Positions 36,774 to 47,673 of a stretch of 64,000 nt of DNA are shown piece by piece; position 1 is the stretch's first letter, and each line of letters opens with the position of its first letter. Under the pieces are notes generated by a model. That model worked only from the letters and a program-made list of their open reading frames with translations, was not told the DNA's origin and did no database searches. Both the position numbers and the translations under genes were made by a program. The stretch is from an uncultured delta proteobacterium (GTDB taxonomy: Bacteria; Myxococcota_A; Polyangia; Polyangiales; Polyangiaceae): positions 576,001-640,000 of the forward strand of contig CAWKKR010000007.1 in NCBI GenBank assembly GCA_963850305.1, given 5' to 3'.

Positions 36774-37443
36774 TCAGCCAGACATTGAGAAGCCGAGATC
36801 GATCGATATGCGGCGGACTTGAGCCAGAGGCCGGCTGCTTGCGAAGGCCCGGGCCGGGCGGGTGCGGCCCTCGACCGTCGGGCGCTACCTCGCGAGCGTC
36901 CACTACATGCTCCGGCAGACGCCAGCTCCATCTGCGTCTCGCTCGACAGCGGTCCGAAACAGCTAGGCCACTCGGAGCTCGCCAGCTATTTCGAGCAGCA
37001 AGCTCGACGAGGAGGTCGGTCACGACCAGTGGGCGAAGAGCGATATGGCGAAGGTCTCGGAGCTCTCGCGGCCAGGCAAAGTGCGAGCGGCCGTCGCCTG
37101 CCATCGTCGCGATGATGGCCGCGGTCGGGCGCGGGATCGAGCGCGACCCCACCTCTATCTCGCTTACATTCTGTTCGCCGAATACCTCACGGTGAAGCTT
37201 GGTCCGGAGTGGGTCGCCGCTCTCGATGGGCGCTGCGGGGTGCCCGCGTCGGCGTTGACTGTGGCAACGAAGCACATCGAGCTCGATCAGCACCACGTGC
37301 AGGAGGGTTGTGACGAAATCGACGCGCTCGCGGTCGATCCAGCGCTGCCCGGGCCGCTCCTCGAGATGCTTCACGAAAGCATGAGGCACTTTTCGGCCTT
37401 CTGCGACGATCTCTACGACGACGCCTGCGACTCCGCTGCCTGA
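36770..37443 (+). CDS. Heme-oxygenase-like diiron enzyme (PqqC/CADD/TenA-like), frameshifted
   Basis: GGAG RBS; manual reconstruction across about 7 indels gives about 220 aa with DEEVGH, FAEY and KHIELDQHH ligand motifs. Confidence 0.75.
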
Positions 37444-37449
37444 CGGATC

Positions 37450-38466
37450 ATGATCGCGCTGGAGGAGGCCCGAGCGCAGCACCGGAGCGCCGTCTGAGCG
37501 CGTTCGAGTGGCCCGAGCCGCCGGAGGTGTTTCGCGAGACGGCCAGGGTCGTCGGGGTGCCGATTCACCTCTGTGGCGTCACGCTCGAACGGGACGGCGA
37601 GTGCATTTCCGGTAGTGCGGCGTCGCTCGACGCGGATCCGATGCCACGAGCGCTGTTCGAGCTGTTCGAGCGCGTGGCCCTGGTGGACGCAATGCGACGA
37701 GGCGCCCGAGCGCTCTGGTGGTGTTCGACGTGGCGCGGCGCCCTATCGCCGTCCTGTCCCGGCCGCGCGCGTTTTTCCTGTGAACCAGGAGCCGGAGCCG
37801 CATCCGCTGGGCGCGTTCGAACGGGGTCGCGGCGGGCATCGGGTGGGCAGACGCAGCTCGACGCGCGCGGCTCGAGCTGGTCGAACGGGATCGGGTGTTA
37901 CGGTCCTGGCTCGGGCAACTGCGTCCAGTGCCTGCGAGCGTCCCGCTGGCCTGCCGGCGGCCATCCGCGAAGCGTACGACTTTCATTGTTATTCGTTCGG
38001 CGAGCCTCCTGACATGGCGGCCGGGAGTGTTCGCTTTTCCGCCAGACGGGCAGCCCCTGAGCTACGGTTTCGCCGCGCGCGATACGAGGGAAGCGTCGCT
38101 GGCGGCAGCCGCGGCAGAGTGTTTGCAGCGGCTCGGATTTCTCTACGGGGAGGCAATACCCGACGTCGTCCCGGAGGCTTCCCCGACTCCGGACTTTCAC
38201 CAGGAGTACTTTCTTTTTCCTCCGCATCGCGAGCGCATCGAGCGGTGGCTGAATGGCGAGCACGCTCGATTCGCCGCGGCGTCGGGCGGGCTGCGGACCG
38301 TGAAAGAACCCGGTTTACGTGGATCTGACGCCGCGGCTGGCCCGCTCCGATATCGTCGTCCTGAAGGCGCTGCCGCGAGGGCATGTTCCGCTCGCTTTCG
38401 GTTTCGGTGGGTGTCCGGTCGGCGAAGGCGCTGCCGTCGGAGCTCGCTGTCCATCCGATCGCTTAG
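37450..38466 (+). CDS. Stand-alone YcaO-like protein, frameshifted
   Basis: ALFELFER; RSNGVAAG...LELVERD (37802-37895); AAAECLQRL; VDLTP; C-terminal VHPIA*. Confidence 0.8.
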
Positions 38467-38544
38467 CGGGAGCGTTGACGAGCGACCTGCGGTCACGCGC
38501 GTCCTTGTTCCCGGCGCCTGAGCGTGTAATCTCGGGCGTTCGCG

Positions 38545-41500
38545 ATGGTTCAGGCGGCGATTCCTCACGTCGAGCTGGGCGTCGAACTCGGGCGCGGCGC
38601 GCACAGCGTCGTCCTGCAGGGCGTCCGGGGCGGCCGTTCGTACGCCGTGAAGCTTCCGCTCGAGGCCGAATCCGCCGGCGGAGCGCGAGATGGCGTTCCG
38701 CCGCTTCCTGCGGGAAGCGGCGGCGCTCGCGCGGCTTCACCACCCGTCGCTTCCCGCGGTGATGGAAGTCGGGCGTGCCAATGGCGTGCCGTACCTCATC
38801 ATGGAACTGGCGGCGGGGCAGACTCTCGCAGACAGACTCGAACTGAGCTCGATGGGTGAAGGGGCGGTCGCTCAGCTTGCGCTCCAGCTCGCGGGCGCGC
38901 TCGAGGCCATCCACGCAGCGGGGCTCCTTCACCGCGACGTGAAGCCGCGCAACATCGTGCTTCGACGTCGAAACCGGCGTGGCCCGGCTGGTCGACTTCG
39001 GCTCGGCGGTTCTGGCGTCGGGGCCCGCAATGTCGGGCGTCACTCGCGCGTACGCGGCGCCCGAGGTACTCGCCGGCGGTCCAGTACGTCAGCGACGCGC
39101 GAGCGGACCTCTATTCGCTGGGTCAGGTCTTGCTCGAGGCGCTCTGGTCCGCATGCTCGGGCGGCACAAGGTCTCCGTGGCCCTCCGCGAGGCCACCGCG
39201 CGAGCCCGCGAACCAACAGGGACCGCTGTCCCTGGCCAATATTCTGGCGACGGCTCGTCGAGGCGAGCCCGCCGACCGATACCCGAGCGCCACCCGCCTC
39301 CGCGAGGACCTCGAGGCCATCGTCGGCGCGCAATCCGTTTCGGGTCCCATCGCAATCCGGCAAAGGCTGCTCGGCCGCGCGACGGAGATGGATCGACTCC
39401 GTCGAGCGTGGGCAGAGGCCCAACGAGGGGGGCGTGCCGTGGTGCTTCGGGGCGCTCCCGGAGCCGGCAAAACTCGGCTGGCTCGAGCGTTCCTGCGGAC
39501 TCGACCGAGCCAGGGCGTGCGGGTGCTTGCGGCCGGCTGTCACCCCCGCGATCCCCGTGCGTTCTCGGCCATACGGCAGCTCGTCGAAGCGCACCTGAGG
39601 AGTTGCGAGGCGCTGCCGGCCGCGGAACGCGCGCGCGCTTTCTCCAGCGTTCGACGAATCGCAGGGCGACCTCGGCTCGTTACTCCGGCTCCTGTCCCCG
39701 TACGTCGCGCGCGTGTTCCGCGACGCTCCCATGGTGCCCGCATCCGAGAATGCGGAGCAAGCGTTCGCAGAGGGTCTGGCCGAGTTTCTCATGAAGCTCG
39801 TGCGCACTGACCGGCCCGACGGTGGTGTTCGTCGATGACGTCCAGTGGCTCGACGCGGGAAGTCGTCGAGTGCTCGTTCGCGCGGCCAATCAAATTGCCA
39901 ATCGAGGCGTGCTGTTCCTGTTCGGGGCCCGAGACGGGGAGGCCGCCGCGTGACGTCAATCGCTTGCTCGATGTGCTGTCCGCGCCCGTCTCCGACATCG
40001 AACTCTTGCCCTTGGAGGATGACGACGTCGTCAGCCTCGTTCACGAATATCTGGGCACGGCCGCCATCGACGACGAGCTGAAGCGCGCCGTGCTGCGCCT
40101 GTCGGACGGACTTCCGTTCCGGACGCTGGAGGTGCTTCGGACCCTGACGGACGAAGGAGTGCTCCTGCCGTACTGGGGGCGGTGGCGGCTCGATCCCACC
40201 GCGCTCACGCGGATGCACCTGCCGAGCGAGACGGCGACTATCCTCCGGCGCCGCATTGCTGCACTCGACGGGGTAACTCACTCGGTCATGGCCGCCGCTG
40301 CGGTCATCGGCGTGTCGTTCGAGGAATGGTTGCTCGTCGTCAGTGGCCTCGTCTTCCAGGGGCGTGGCGGATGTGTCCGCGGCGCTAGCCGAAGCGAGGC
40401 GATCGCAGCTCATCGAGGACGCCGGCGAAGGTGTCCAGCGGTTCATCCATCATACCGTTCGCGAAGCATTGCTTGCAGGCTGTGACGCGGCGGCGCTCGA
40501 AGACTTGCATCAGCGCGTCGGGGAAGACGCTCGACGCCCGCGGTTGGGCGGCAAACGCGCCGATCGCGTTCGAGATCGAAGAGCGCGCTGACGCGGCGAC
40601 TCCAGCCTCGGCTGAGCCGCTTCCCGACCGGGACTCCCTGGATGCGGACAGGTTGTATCGGGTTGCCCACCATTATGCCGCGGGCGACGAGCGCCGGGCA
40701 GTCTCGCGTCGGGCGGAGACGTGCGTCGCTGCCGCACGAGCCGCCTTCGCACGATTCGACAACGAACGCGCTGCCGACTTTTTCACTGTCGCCGACCGCG
40801 CGCTCGCGTCGCTCGGAAAGTCGCTGACGCCCGAGACTCGCTTGCTCCTCGCGGACGCGCGCCTGCGTGCCGGCGCTCTCGAGGAAGCATCGTCGGAATT
40901 CCAGCGGATCCTCTCGGAGAGTTCGGATCGCTATGTGCAGGCGACAGCGTTGTTGCGCTTGGCGTCGCTTCACGACATGCGGTTCGATTCGATTCAGAGC
41001 ATGGAACTACATCGAGCAAGCATTCTGCAGGCTCGGGGAAACGCCTCCTTCCGAGGCTGCGGCCTACACGGTCCAGAGCCTCGGCGCGTGGGGGAGAAGG
41101 GGTCTCGCGCGGTCCGCGAAGAGTGCCGTTCGGCCCTTCCGAGCAGCTGCACCACGAGACGCTCTGCGCCCTCTATTACCAGGCGACGCGGATCGCCGTT
41201 ACCAACGGCAAGCCGCTGCGGGGCGTGCTTGTGACGCTGCAGTCTGTCCGGGCCGCTGAGCGCCTTGGGCCGTCGGCGGCGCTCGCTCGCTGTTACCTGG
41301 CGTATAGCTTCGTCCTCACTGTGCTGGGGTTTCCGTCCCGCGGCACGAGTTACCTTGCCCGAGCCGAGGGGATCGCCCGCGAGCTTCGCGATCCGTTCGT
41401 CTATTCGCACGCGCTGCAGATGCACATGGTGATCGCCGCGTGGGGCGGGCGAATCCAGGATGCCATCGACGCCGGAGCTCGGTGCGTCACCGAATACGGG

Positions 41501-44081
41501 CACTGGCGCGAGCTCAGCGAGTTTTGCATCAACTGCTACACCGTCTACCAGATGGAATCCGTGCGGGGCCGGGAGCTCGAGGCGTGGCGCTGGGCGGATC
41601 TCGCCATCCAGCGCGTGAACAATCATGATGGAGCGCCCGTCGTCCATGAGTTCCTGCTGCTCGGCGCCAAGGCAGCCCTGTGTGCGCTCGGAAGGGAAGA
41701 CGAGATCGATTCGCGGCTTCAGCGGCTGGCGCAAGTGACGGTCGCCGTCCCCCCGGACAGCGGCTCCTTCGCGTCGACCTTCAGCGGTCGAATCCGGATG
41801 CACACGGAGAAGGCCGATCTCGGCGAAGCTTTCGAGTCGCTAGTATCGGATTTTCAGGCACTCGGCCAAGACCCGCGCCGGGTCCACATGAACGTCACGG
41901 AGTATTACGTCCACGTCGCTCACGCCCGGGTTCACGCTTGCCTGCGCGCGCGTCCGGAAGCGCGGTCGAAGCCGCTCGCGGAGCTGGGGGCGGCGCTAGG
42001 AGATCTTCGTGCGGCCGCGAAGATTCCGCTGATCTCGGCCCACGCGCGCGTCGTGGAGGGTTACCACGAATGGCTTTCCGGTCACTCGAACGCGGCTCAG
42101 CGCGCGTTCGAAGAGGCCGAGCGCCTCGCGGTTTCCGAGACGGCGCCATGGGTGCTCTACGCTGTCTACCGCGGACGCGCGCACCTCCTCCAGGCCGAGG
42201 GGAAAGTCGACGCCGCACGGGATCAAGCCGTCCTGGCGGAGTCCGTCGCCTCCGAGCACGGCGCGGCGCACCGCGCGCGATGGATTCGCGAGGAGTTTGG
42301 CGGTCGTGCCCGGAGAGGCTCGGACGGCAGCGACATCACGGGCTCTCTGTCGTTGCCCTCTCCGGACCTGACCGACATGGTCGCGCCGGCCGGCGCCTCG
42401 AGAGCGCGACGACAGCTCCGGGCGCTCCTTCGCATCAGCCAGGCGCGCGCGCAAGATCTCACGCCGGATCACCAGGCGCGGCTCGTCGTGGACGAGCTCA
42501 TCCTGGCCCTGCGCGCGCAGCGCGGGTTTCTCCTCCTTCGCGCGGGGATGGCGGGCGCCGCTGGAGTCGACGGGAGCGAGGATAGGACCCGAAGCGATCC
42601 ACCGCTTCGCCTGGTCGCGGGAAGGGATTCGGCGGGACGGAATCTCGACGGTCCGGAAGACTACGACCGGAACGCTGTCCGTGGCGCTCTCTTCGCGAGC
42701 GTTGCAGACAGCGAGGACCCCGCGTCCCTACGGTTTCGAGTCGCGACGAGCGCGCGTTTGACTGCCATCGCCGCGCCGCTCATCGTCGACGATCTCACTG
42801 CGGGCGTGATCTGTCTCGACCGGCCCTTGACCGAGGGTGTCTTTTCCGAGGCGGACGGCGCACTACTCACGGCTCTGGCGGCGCAGGTTGCCGTCGCGCT
42901 CGAACTGACCCGAGCTCTTCGCGCCCGTGAACGCGCCCAGGAGAGCTTGCGCAACGCGGAAAAGATGGACGCGGTCGCGCGACTCGGCAGGGCGATCGCG
43001 CACGATCTGAACAACATGCTCTCCGCGATCCGTCTCGCCACGATGGCCATCGTGGCCCTGCCCGGAGCAAGCTCGATGATCGGTGATGACGTTCATACCA
43101 TCCAGAGCGCGTTGCAGCGCGCGAACGAGCTCACGAAGCAGCTCGGGACCTTCTCCCGCGGAGAGTTTGCCAAGCCGGGGCTGGTGAAGGTCGGGCCGCG
43201 CATCGATCGCCTGCTGCCGGTCATCGCAGGCCTCGTCGGGGAATCCATCCGTATTCGTGCGGAGGTTGCGCCGCGTACCTCGCCGATCATGATCGACCCC
43301 GACCAGCTCGATCACGTCTTGATGAACCTCGTCGTGAATTCGCGGGATGCCATGCCGGATGGCGGCGAAATTCTGATCGCGGTAGCCGAGGTGAGGCTCG
43401 ACGAGGCCTACGTCACCGAGCATCCCCGCGTGGTCGCCGGGCGCTACATCCGGATCTCCCTGACGGACACCGGCCACGGCATGGACGAGGAGGTCCGTGG
43501 AAAGATCTTCGAGCCCTACTTCACGACCAAACGAGAGCGTGGCGGAACCGGGCTCGGCCTTGCGAGTGTTTACTGGGCGGTCTCGGCAAGCGGCGGACAC
43601 GTCGACGTTCGAAGTGGTGTCGGGACCGGAACGACGTTTACGTTGCACTTCCCCGTCGCGGGTAAAGGCGTTCCGGGCGCCCGCTCCGAACCGAGGGCCG
43701 TGGATTGTCCGACCCTTCTAGTCGTCGAGGCAGGGCGACCCGAGACGCAGCACGTTGAGCGGACTCTGGCGGAGCTCGGGTACCGCGTTCGGGTCGCGTC
43801 ATCTGCGGCGGACGCCATCGAGATGGTGCGGCAAAGCAACGACATTGCGCTCGTCATCACGGATGTCGTGATGGTGGGCATGAACGGGCTCGAACTCGCA
43901 CGGAGGATTCGTGGCGCCAGAGAGGACGTGGAGGTTCTGTTGACCTCTGGGGACCGCTCCGGAGTTTTGGCGGAGCGCGGGATTCTGGGGGAAGAGGTCG
44001 AGATTCCTCCAGCGGCCGGTGGCCCCCGAAATCCTTGCCCGCCGCGTTCGCGAGATCCTGGCGCGCCAGCAGACCGAGTAA
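38545..44081 (+). CDS. Hybrid Ser/Thr kinase-AAA ATPase-TPR-GAF-His kinase-receiver protein, frameshifted in the 5' half and near 44005
   Basis: LGRGAHS, HRDVKPRN, DFG, YAAPE, GAPGAGKT, VDDVQWLD, GAF-like segment, AHDLNN, GTGLGL, TDVVM; ends EILARQQTE*. Confidence 0.82.
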
Positions 44082-44144
44082 AGGACGCGCCCTTCTGGCG
44101 ACGCGTCCTTGCGCGAGCTGCGGCGAGCGACTTATACTTATCAG

Positions 44145-44299
44145 TGCGCGGGCTGTCCCCACCCCCCCCGGCCCGGCCCAAAGTCGTGGGCCGGCGCTCC
44201 AGAGGCCGACCCCCCTCCTCACTGCGTGTGCCCTGGAGTACCGCGCGACGCGTTATGTCCCCCGCCGTATCGGCTCCACCCGATACGGCGGCTTCTTTT
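44145..44299 (+). ncRNA. Candidate C-rich small RNA
   Basis: TTGCGC-N18-TATACT upstream (44109-44138); several hairpins with C-rich loops including CCTCCT; ends at an intrinsic terminator. Confidence 0.45.
44262..44299 (+). terminator. Intrinsic terminator
   Basis: Perfect 12-bp stem CCGCCGTATCGG/CCGATACGGCGG, 6-nt loop, followed by CTTCTTTT. Confidence 0.8.
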
Positions 44300-44352
44300 C
44301 CATCCACAGTGCCGGCCGCTCGCTGAATCGGCTCACCCCAGGCGAGGAAATC

Positions 44353-45099
44353 TCACTCGATGCAGCCGGCGCCGTCGCAGGTTTGCCCGGGGGCGCAGTC
44401 GGCGTCGCTCGAGCAATTCCCGCACCGATCGTCGACGGTGCGGCAGTGGAGGACGCCGCAATCCGAGTCGAGCAGGCATCCGACGCACGTCCCGACCCCC
44501 AGGTTGCACAGCGGGGTTTCGCCCGAACAATTTGCATCGCCGGTGCACTCCACGCAGACGCCCGCGGCTACCGCGCAGAGGGGTCGGTTGCCACCCGCGC
44601 AATCCGCGCTGCTGAAGCATCTCGCGACACAAGCGTGCTGGTCCGCCGGGCACGCCTGCCCCGGCGGGCATTCGGCCGAGGAGGTGCATCCGACACATCG
44701 GTGTTCATCAGCGTAACAGTGCGGCGTCGGGGGGTGGCATTCGGAATCGTCCGAGCAGAGAGCGCACGTGTGGCTCTGCAGGTTGCACAGGTTCGTCGCG
44801 CAATCCTGGTCAGCGGTGCACTCGACGCAGGTCTTCGACCGTGTGTCGCAGACCGGCGTCGCGAGCTCACATTCTGCATCCGTCCTGCACCCACCACCGT
44901 CGATCCGCGGCTCGAGCACGTCGGCGGGATCGGTCTGCCTCATGGTTGAGGCGTCTCTCGTCGCCTGATTGGGCACCACGCTGCTGGCATCGGCAGTGCC
45001 GCTGAACAGAGAAATGGTTTCCGTGTGCTGGCCGCACCCGAGGGTGGACGACATCGCGCATGCCACGACGGTCGCGAGCCGGAGTACCGAATCATTCAC
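44353..45099 (-). CDS. Cys-rich lipoprotein with C..D..C repeats
   Basis: TLGC lipobox; about 8 CV.C..DA.C-type units. Confidence 0.75.
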   Translation of the reverse strand: MNDSVLRLATVVACAMSSTLGCGQHTETISLFSGTADASSVVPNQATRDASTMRQTDPADVLEPRIDGGGCRTDAECELATPVCDTRSKTCVECTADQDCATNLCNLQSHTCALCSDDSECHPPTPHCYADEHRCVGCTSSAECPPGQACPADQHACVARCFSSADCAGGNRPLCAVAAGVCVECTGDANCSGETPLCNLGVGTCVGCLLDSDCGVLHCRTVDDRCGNCSSDADCAPGQTCDGAGCIE

Positions 45100-45114
45100 G
45101 ACGAGTCTCGCCGT

Positions 45115-45834
45115 TCAGCGTTGAGGCGCGCCCTGCGCCGCGGGCACGGCGAGACGGCGCGCTTCGTTCACGTCCATGCCGCTCGGCTGCTCCGCGAGAT
45201 AGCGTCGCGCCTCGCTGGACGCCTGGCGCAGCTCTCCCAGTCGTTCGAGAGCGCGGAAGCGCTCCACCTCTGCATTCTGGCGAAGCGGTGAGGCGGGATA
45301 TCGGGCGATCAGAGCGTCGAGCAGCGCGACGGCTCGAGCATCACGGCCGCCGCGCGCCTCGATGAGAGCGTTCTGCATCAAGGCATTCTCGGCGGCGAGC
45401 GTGCTCTTCTTCGTCGCAGATCGAGCGCGTACCCCGAGTCCGTTGCGTCGCACGTCTCCATGCAGGGCGGGTGCGACGACGGGGCCCGCGTCCTTTACGC
45501 CGCGCACGTTCACCGCACCAACGGGCTGCCCCGGCCCAGCCTCATCGAAGAGGGGTGCCACCGGGGGGGCCCCCGCTTTTCCAAAGTAGGGGTCCCAGAT
45601 GCGCGCCGTGGCTGCCAGGGCGCCCGCCGACGACAGTAGTACGAGCGCCGCCACGAGTACGCGTTTGCGTATCGACAGTTCGACCTCCCGCCGGGTGCTG
45701 CTGCGGATTTGAAGCTCCCTCAAGCGAGCCACGGTGGAATCTCGACGCGTCTCGATCCGGTCCGCGCTTTCGACGGGAATGACCGTCGTACGCATCTCGC
45801 GCAGCAGGTCTTCCGGGCGGGGCGCGTGGGTCAC
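45115..45834 (-). CDS. Putative anti-sigma factor (TM plus C-terminal TPR)
   Basis: Overlaps the ECF stop; TM helix; LAAEN...RYPASPL..AEVER..AL TPR. Confidence 0.7.
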   Translation of the reverse strand: MTHAPRPEDLLREMRTTVIPVESADRIETRRDSTVARLRELQIRSSTRREVELSIRKRVLVAALVLLSSAGALAATARIWDPYFGKAGAPPVAPLFDEAGPGQPVGAVNVRGVKDAGPVVAPALHGDVRRNGLGVRARSATKKSTLAAENALMQNALIEARGGRDARAVALLDALIARYPASPLRQNAEVERFRALERLGELRQASSEARRYLAEQPSGMDVNEARRLAVPAAQGAPQR

Positions 45835-46508
45835 GTTCTTCTCCGTTCCGGGTCCATCGACCCATCTGCCATGAGGCGGCGCTGCAGCTCCTTCCGCGCC
45901 CGGACCAGCCGCGATTGCGCCGCGGCGACCGAGACGCCGGTGAGAACGGCGATCTCCGCGAGTTCATGACCCATCACGTCGTGAAGGAAGACGGTCGTTG
46001 CACGAGACCGATTCATGTCGGCAAGATGGAAGCGCACTCGTGCAAGTGCTTGCCTCACTCCGGCTTCGCGCTCGACATCCAGGTGTGTCCCGCGGCTCCG
46101 AGCTTCATGCTCGCCGTCACGTCCCCGATCGACCACTCGGCGCTCGCGGGTCCGGGCCCGGATCGCGTTGAAGGCAATATGCGTCGTCACGCTGGCGGCC
46201 CAAGAAGGGAGGCTACAGGCGCGTGCGAAGCGCTTTCTCGAGAGGGTGAGAACGATTTGTTCGAAGGCGGCCTGGACGAGATCATCGTGGGCTTCATCCC
46301 GGCGCCCGAGGACCCGATAGAGAGTTCCTTCGACGACGCCGATCAGGCGGTCGTACAGATGCTCACAAGCGTGCCCCTCGCCGCGCTCGAACGCATCGAT
46401 CAGATCCCCGTCATCCAGGTGACGCGCGCTCGAATCCGCCCCGCCTTCGACCACGCGAAGATGCTCAGCCCCAGCGCGAGATCTCGATTCGGCGGCCACT
46501 TCAAGCAA
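45831..46508 (-). CDS. ECF sigma factor
   Basis: DDLVQAAF, SWAASVT, EIA..TGVSVAAAQSRLVRARKEL. Confidence 0.88.
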   Translation of the reverse strand: MLEVAAESRSRAGAEHLRVVEGGADSSARHLDDGDLIDAFERGEGHACEHLYDRLIGVVEGTLYRVLGRRDEAHDDLVQAAFEQIVLTLSRKRFARACSLPSWAASVTTHIAFNAIRARTRERRVVDRGRDGEHEARSRGTHLDVEREAGVRQALARVRFHLADMNRSRATTVFLHDVMGHELAEIAVLTGVSVAAAQSRLVRARKELQRRLMADGSMDPERRRT

Positions 46509-46538
46509 GTTGTAACCGAACCACGCGCCGTCAGGCAG

Positions 46539-47525
46539 TCACGGAACGTAATATCGGAGCCCGAGCAGTCCGCTGAACCCCGCCGCGTCGTCGGTCGCGA
46601 CTCGATGATTCTCCACGATAATTTCGATCGATGACGTGGCCCGCCACGCCGTGGCACCGGCTAGAAACCCGAGATCGCCCGCGCGAATGACGAAGTCGGT
46701 GCCGGCTGACAGATTGACGGTGCCCCTTCCGCCCGCGTCGCTGCCGCGTTCCGTCGGATTCGTCGCGACCACGCGGACAAATTGCCATCCGAAGCCTATC
46801 TGTGGCTCGACGAAGAAGGGGGGACTCCCCAGAATCGCACCGGCAGCGAGGGACGCGGTCTCCCACTCTGCGTAGAGTCCCTGGCCGTCCGTCGGGCGGG
46901 CCGCGAATCCCAATTCAATCCCGGCGAACCACGGCGCGGATGTGGGACGAAACGCGGCGCTTCCCTGGGCCCCAAAGCGTAGGCCGCCGGGATGTAGCCC
47001 CGGTCCTCCACGCGCTGCGACGCCAAACCAGAGCTCTCGAGCCGACGCGTTCGCGCGCGTCGTCTTCGCCATCGTTCTTTCGGCGGAAGCCGCGGACGTT
47101 GCAGCCGGCGCCGGTTTCTCGTCGAGATCGGATGCACCCTTGCGAACCGTCTGCGGGACGCCCGCCCGTTGTGTTTCCGCGATGGTGACCCCTGGATTTT
47201 CCGGCGGAAACATTCCGTCGGCGAGCGTCGCGATCGTGAGCCCGACAGTCTTCCACCGCTCTTCGGGAGCATCGGAGCGATGGAATTCGAGCGACCGGGT
47301 TTGCCAATCGGGATTGTCCGACTGCGGCCTACCGACCTGGACGATGACGTGTAGGTCGTCGGGCTCGTCCCAGTGCACGATGGCGACGTCTTCCGGCGCC
47401 GAGGTTCGATCGGGGAAACTCGCGCATCTTCCAGCTCGTACCCCCGACGAACACGCGTCGACGAGGGCCCTGACCAGAGCTGGCGCTGAGTCGGTCGGCG
47501 AGATCTGAACGAGGACGAATGGCAT
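46539..47525 (-). CDS. Hypothetical protein with an outer-membrane beta-strand-like C-terminus
   Basis: Alternating Gly/aromatic strands ending GLRYYVP; first gene of the ECF cassette; start uncertain. Confidence 0.55.
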   Translation of the reverse strand: MPFVLVQISPTDSAPALVRALVDACSSGVRAGRCASFPDRTSAPEDVAIVHWDEPDDLHVIVQVGRPQSDNPDWQTRSLEFHRSDAPEERWKTVGLTIATLADGMFPPENPGVTIAETQRAGVPQTVRKGASDLDEKPAPAATSAASAERTMAKTTRANASARELWFGVAARGGPGLHPGGLRFGAQGSAAFRPTSAPWFAGIELGFAARPTDGQGLYAEWETASLAAGAILGSPPFFVEPQIGFGWQFVRVVATNPTERGSDAGGRGTVNLSAGTDFVIRAGDLGFLAGATAWRATSSIEIIVENHRVATDDAAGFSGLLGLRYYVP

Positions 47526-47673
47526 CTGAGTCGGAGCCGAGGTTACTAGCACCGTCGTGGTGCGCGGCGCCGGGTGCGCGGTTCCCTTGGACGTGCGTTG
47601 CTGTCGCACCTTGGCTCACCGAGCGGTCGCTTCGCGGTTTCGCGCGGCGAAAATAGGCTCTAGTCTTCCTGCA

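Noticed and set aside
36770..41200. Programmed frameshifting or RNA editing
   Set aside because: Indels are numerous, lack a shared slippery motif and also occur in suf genes
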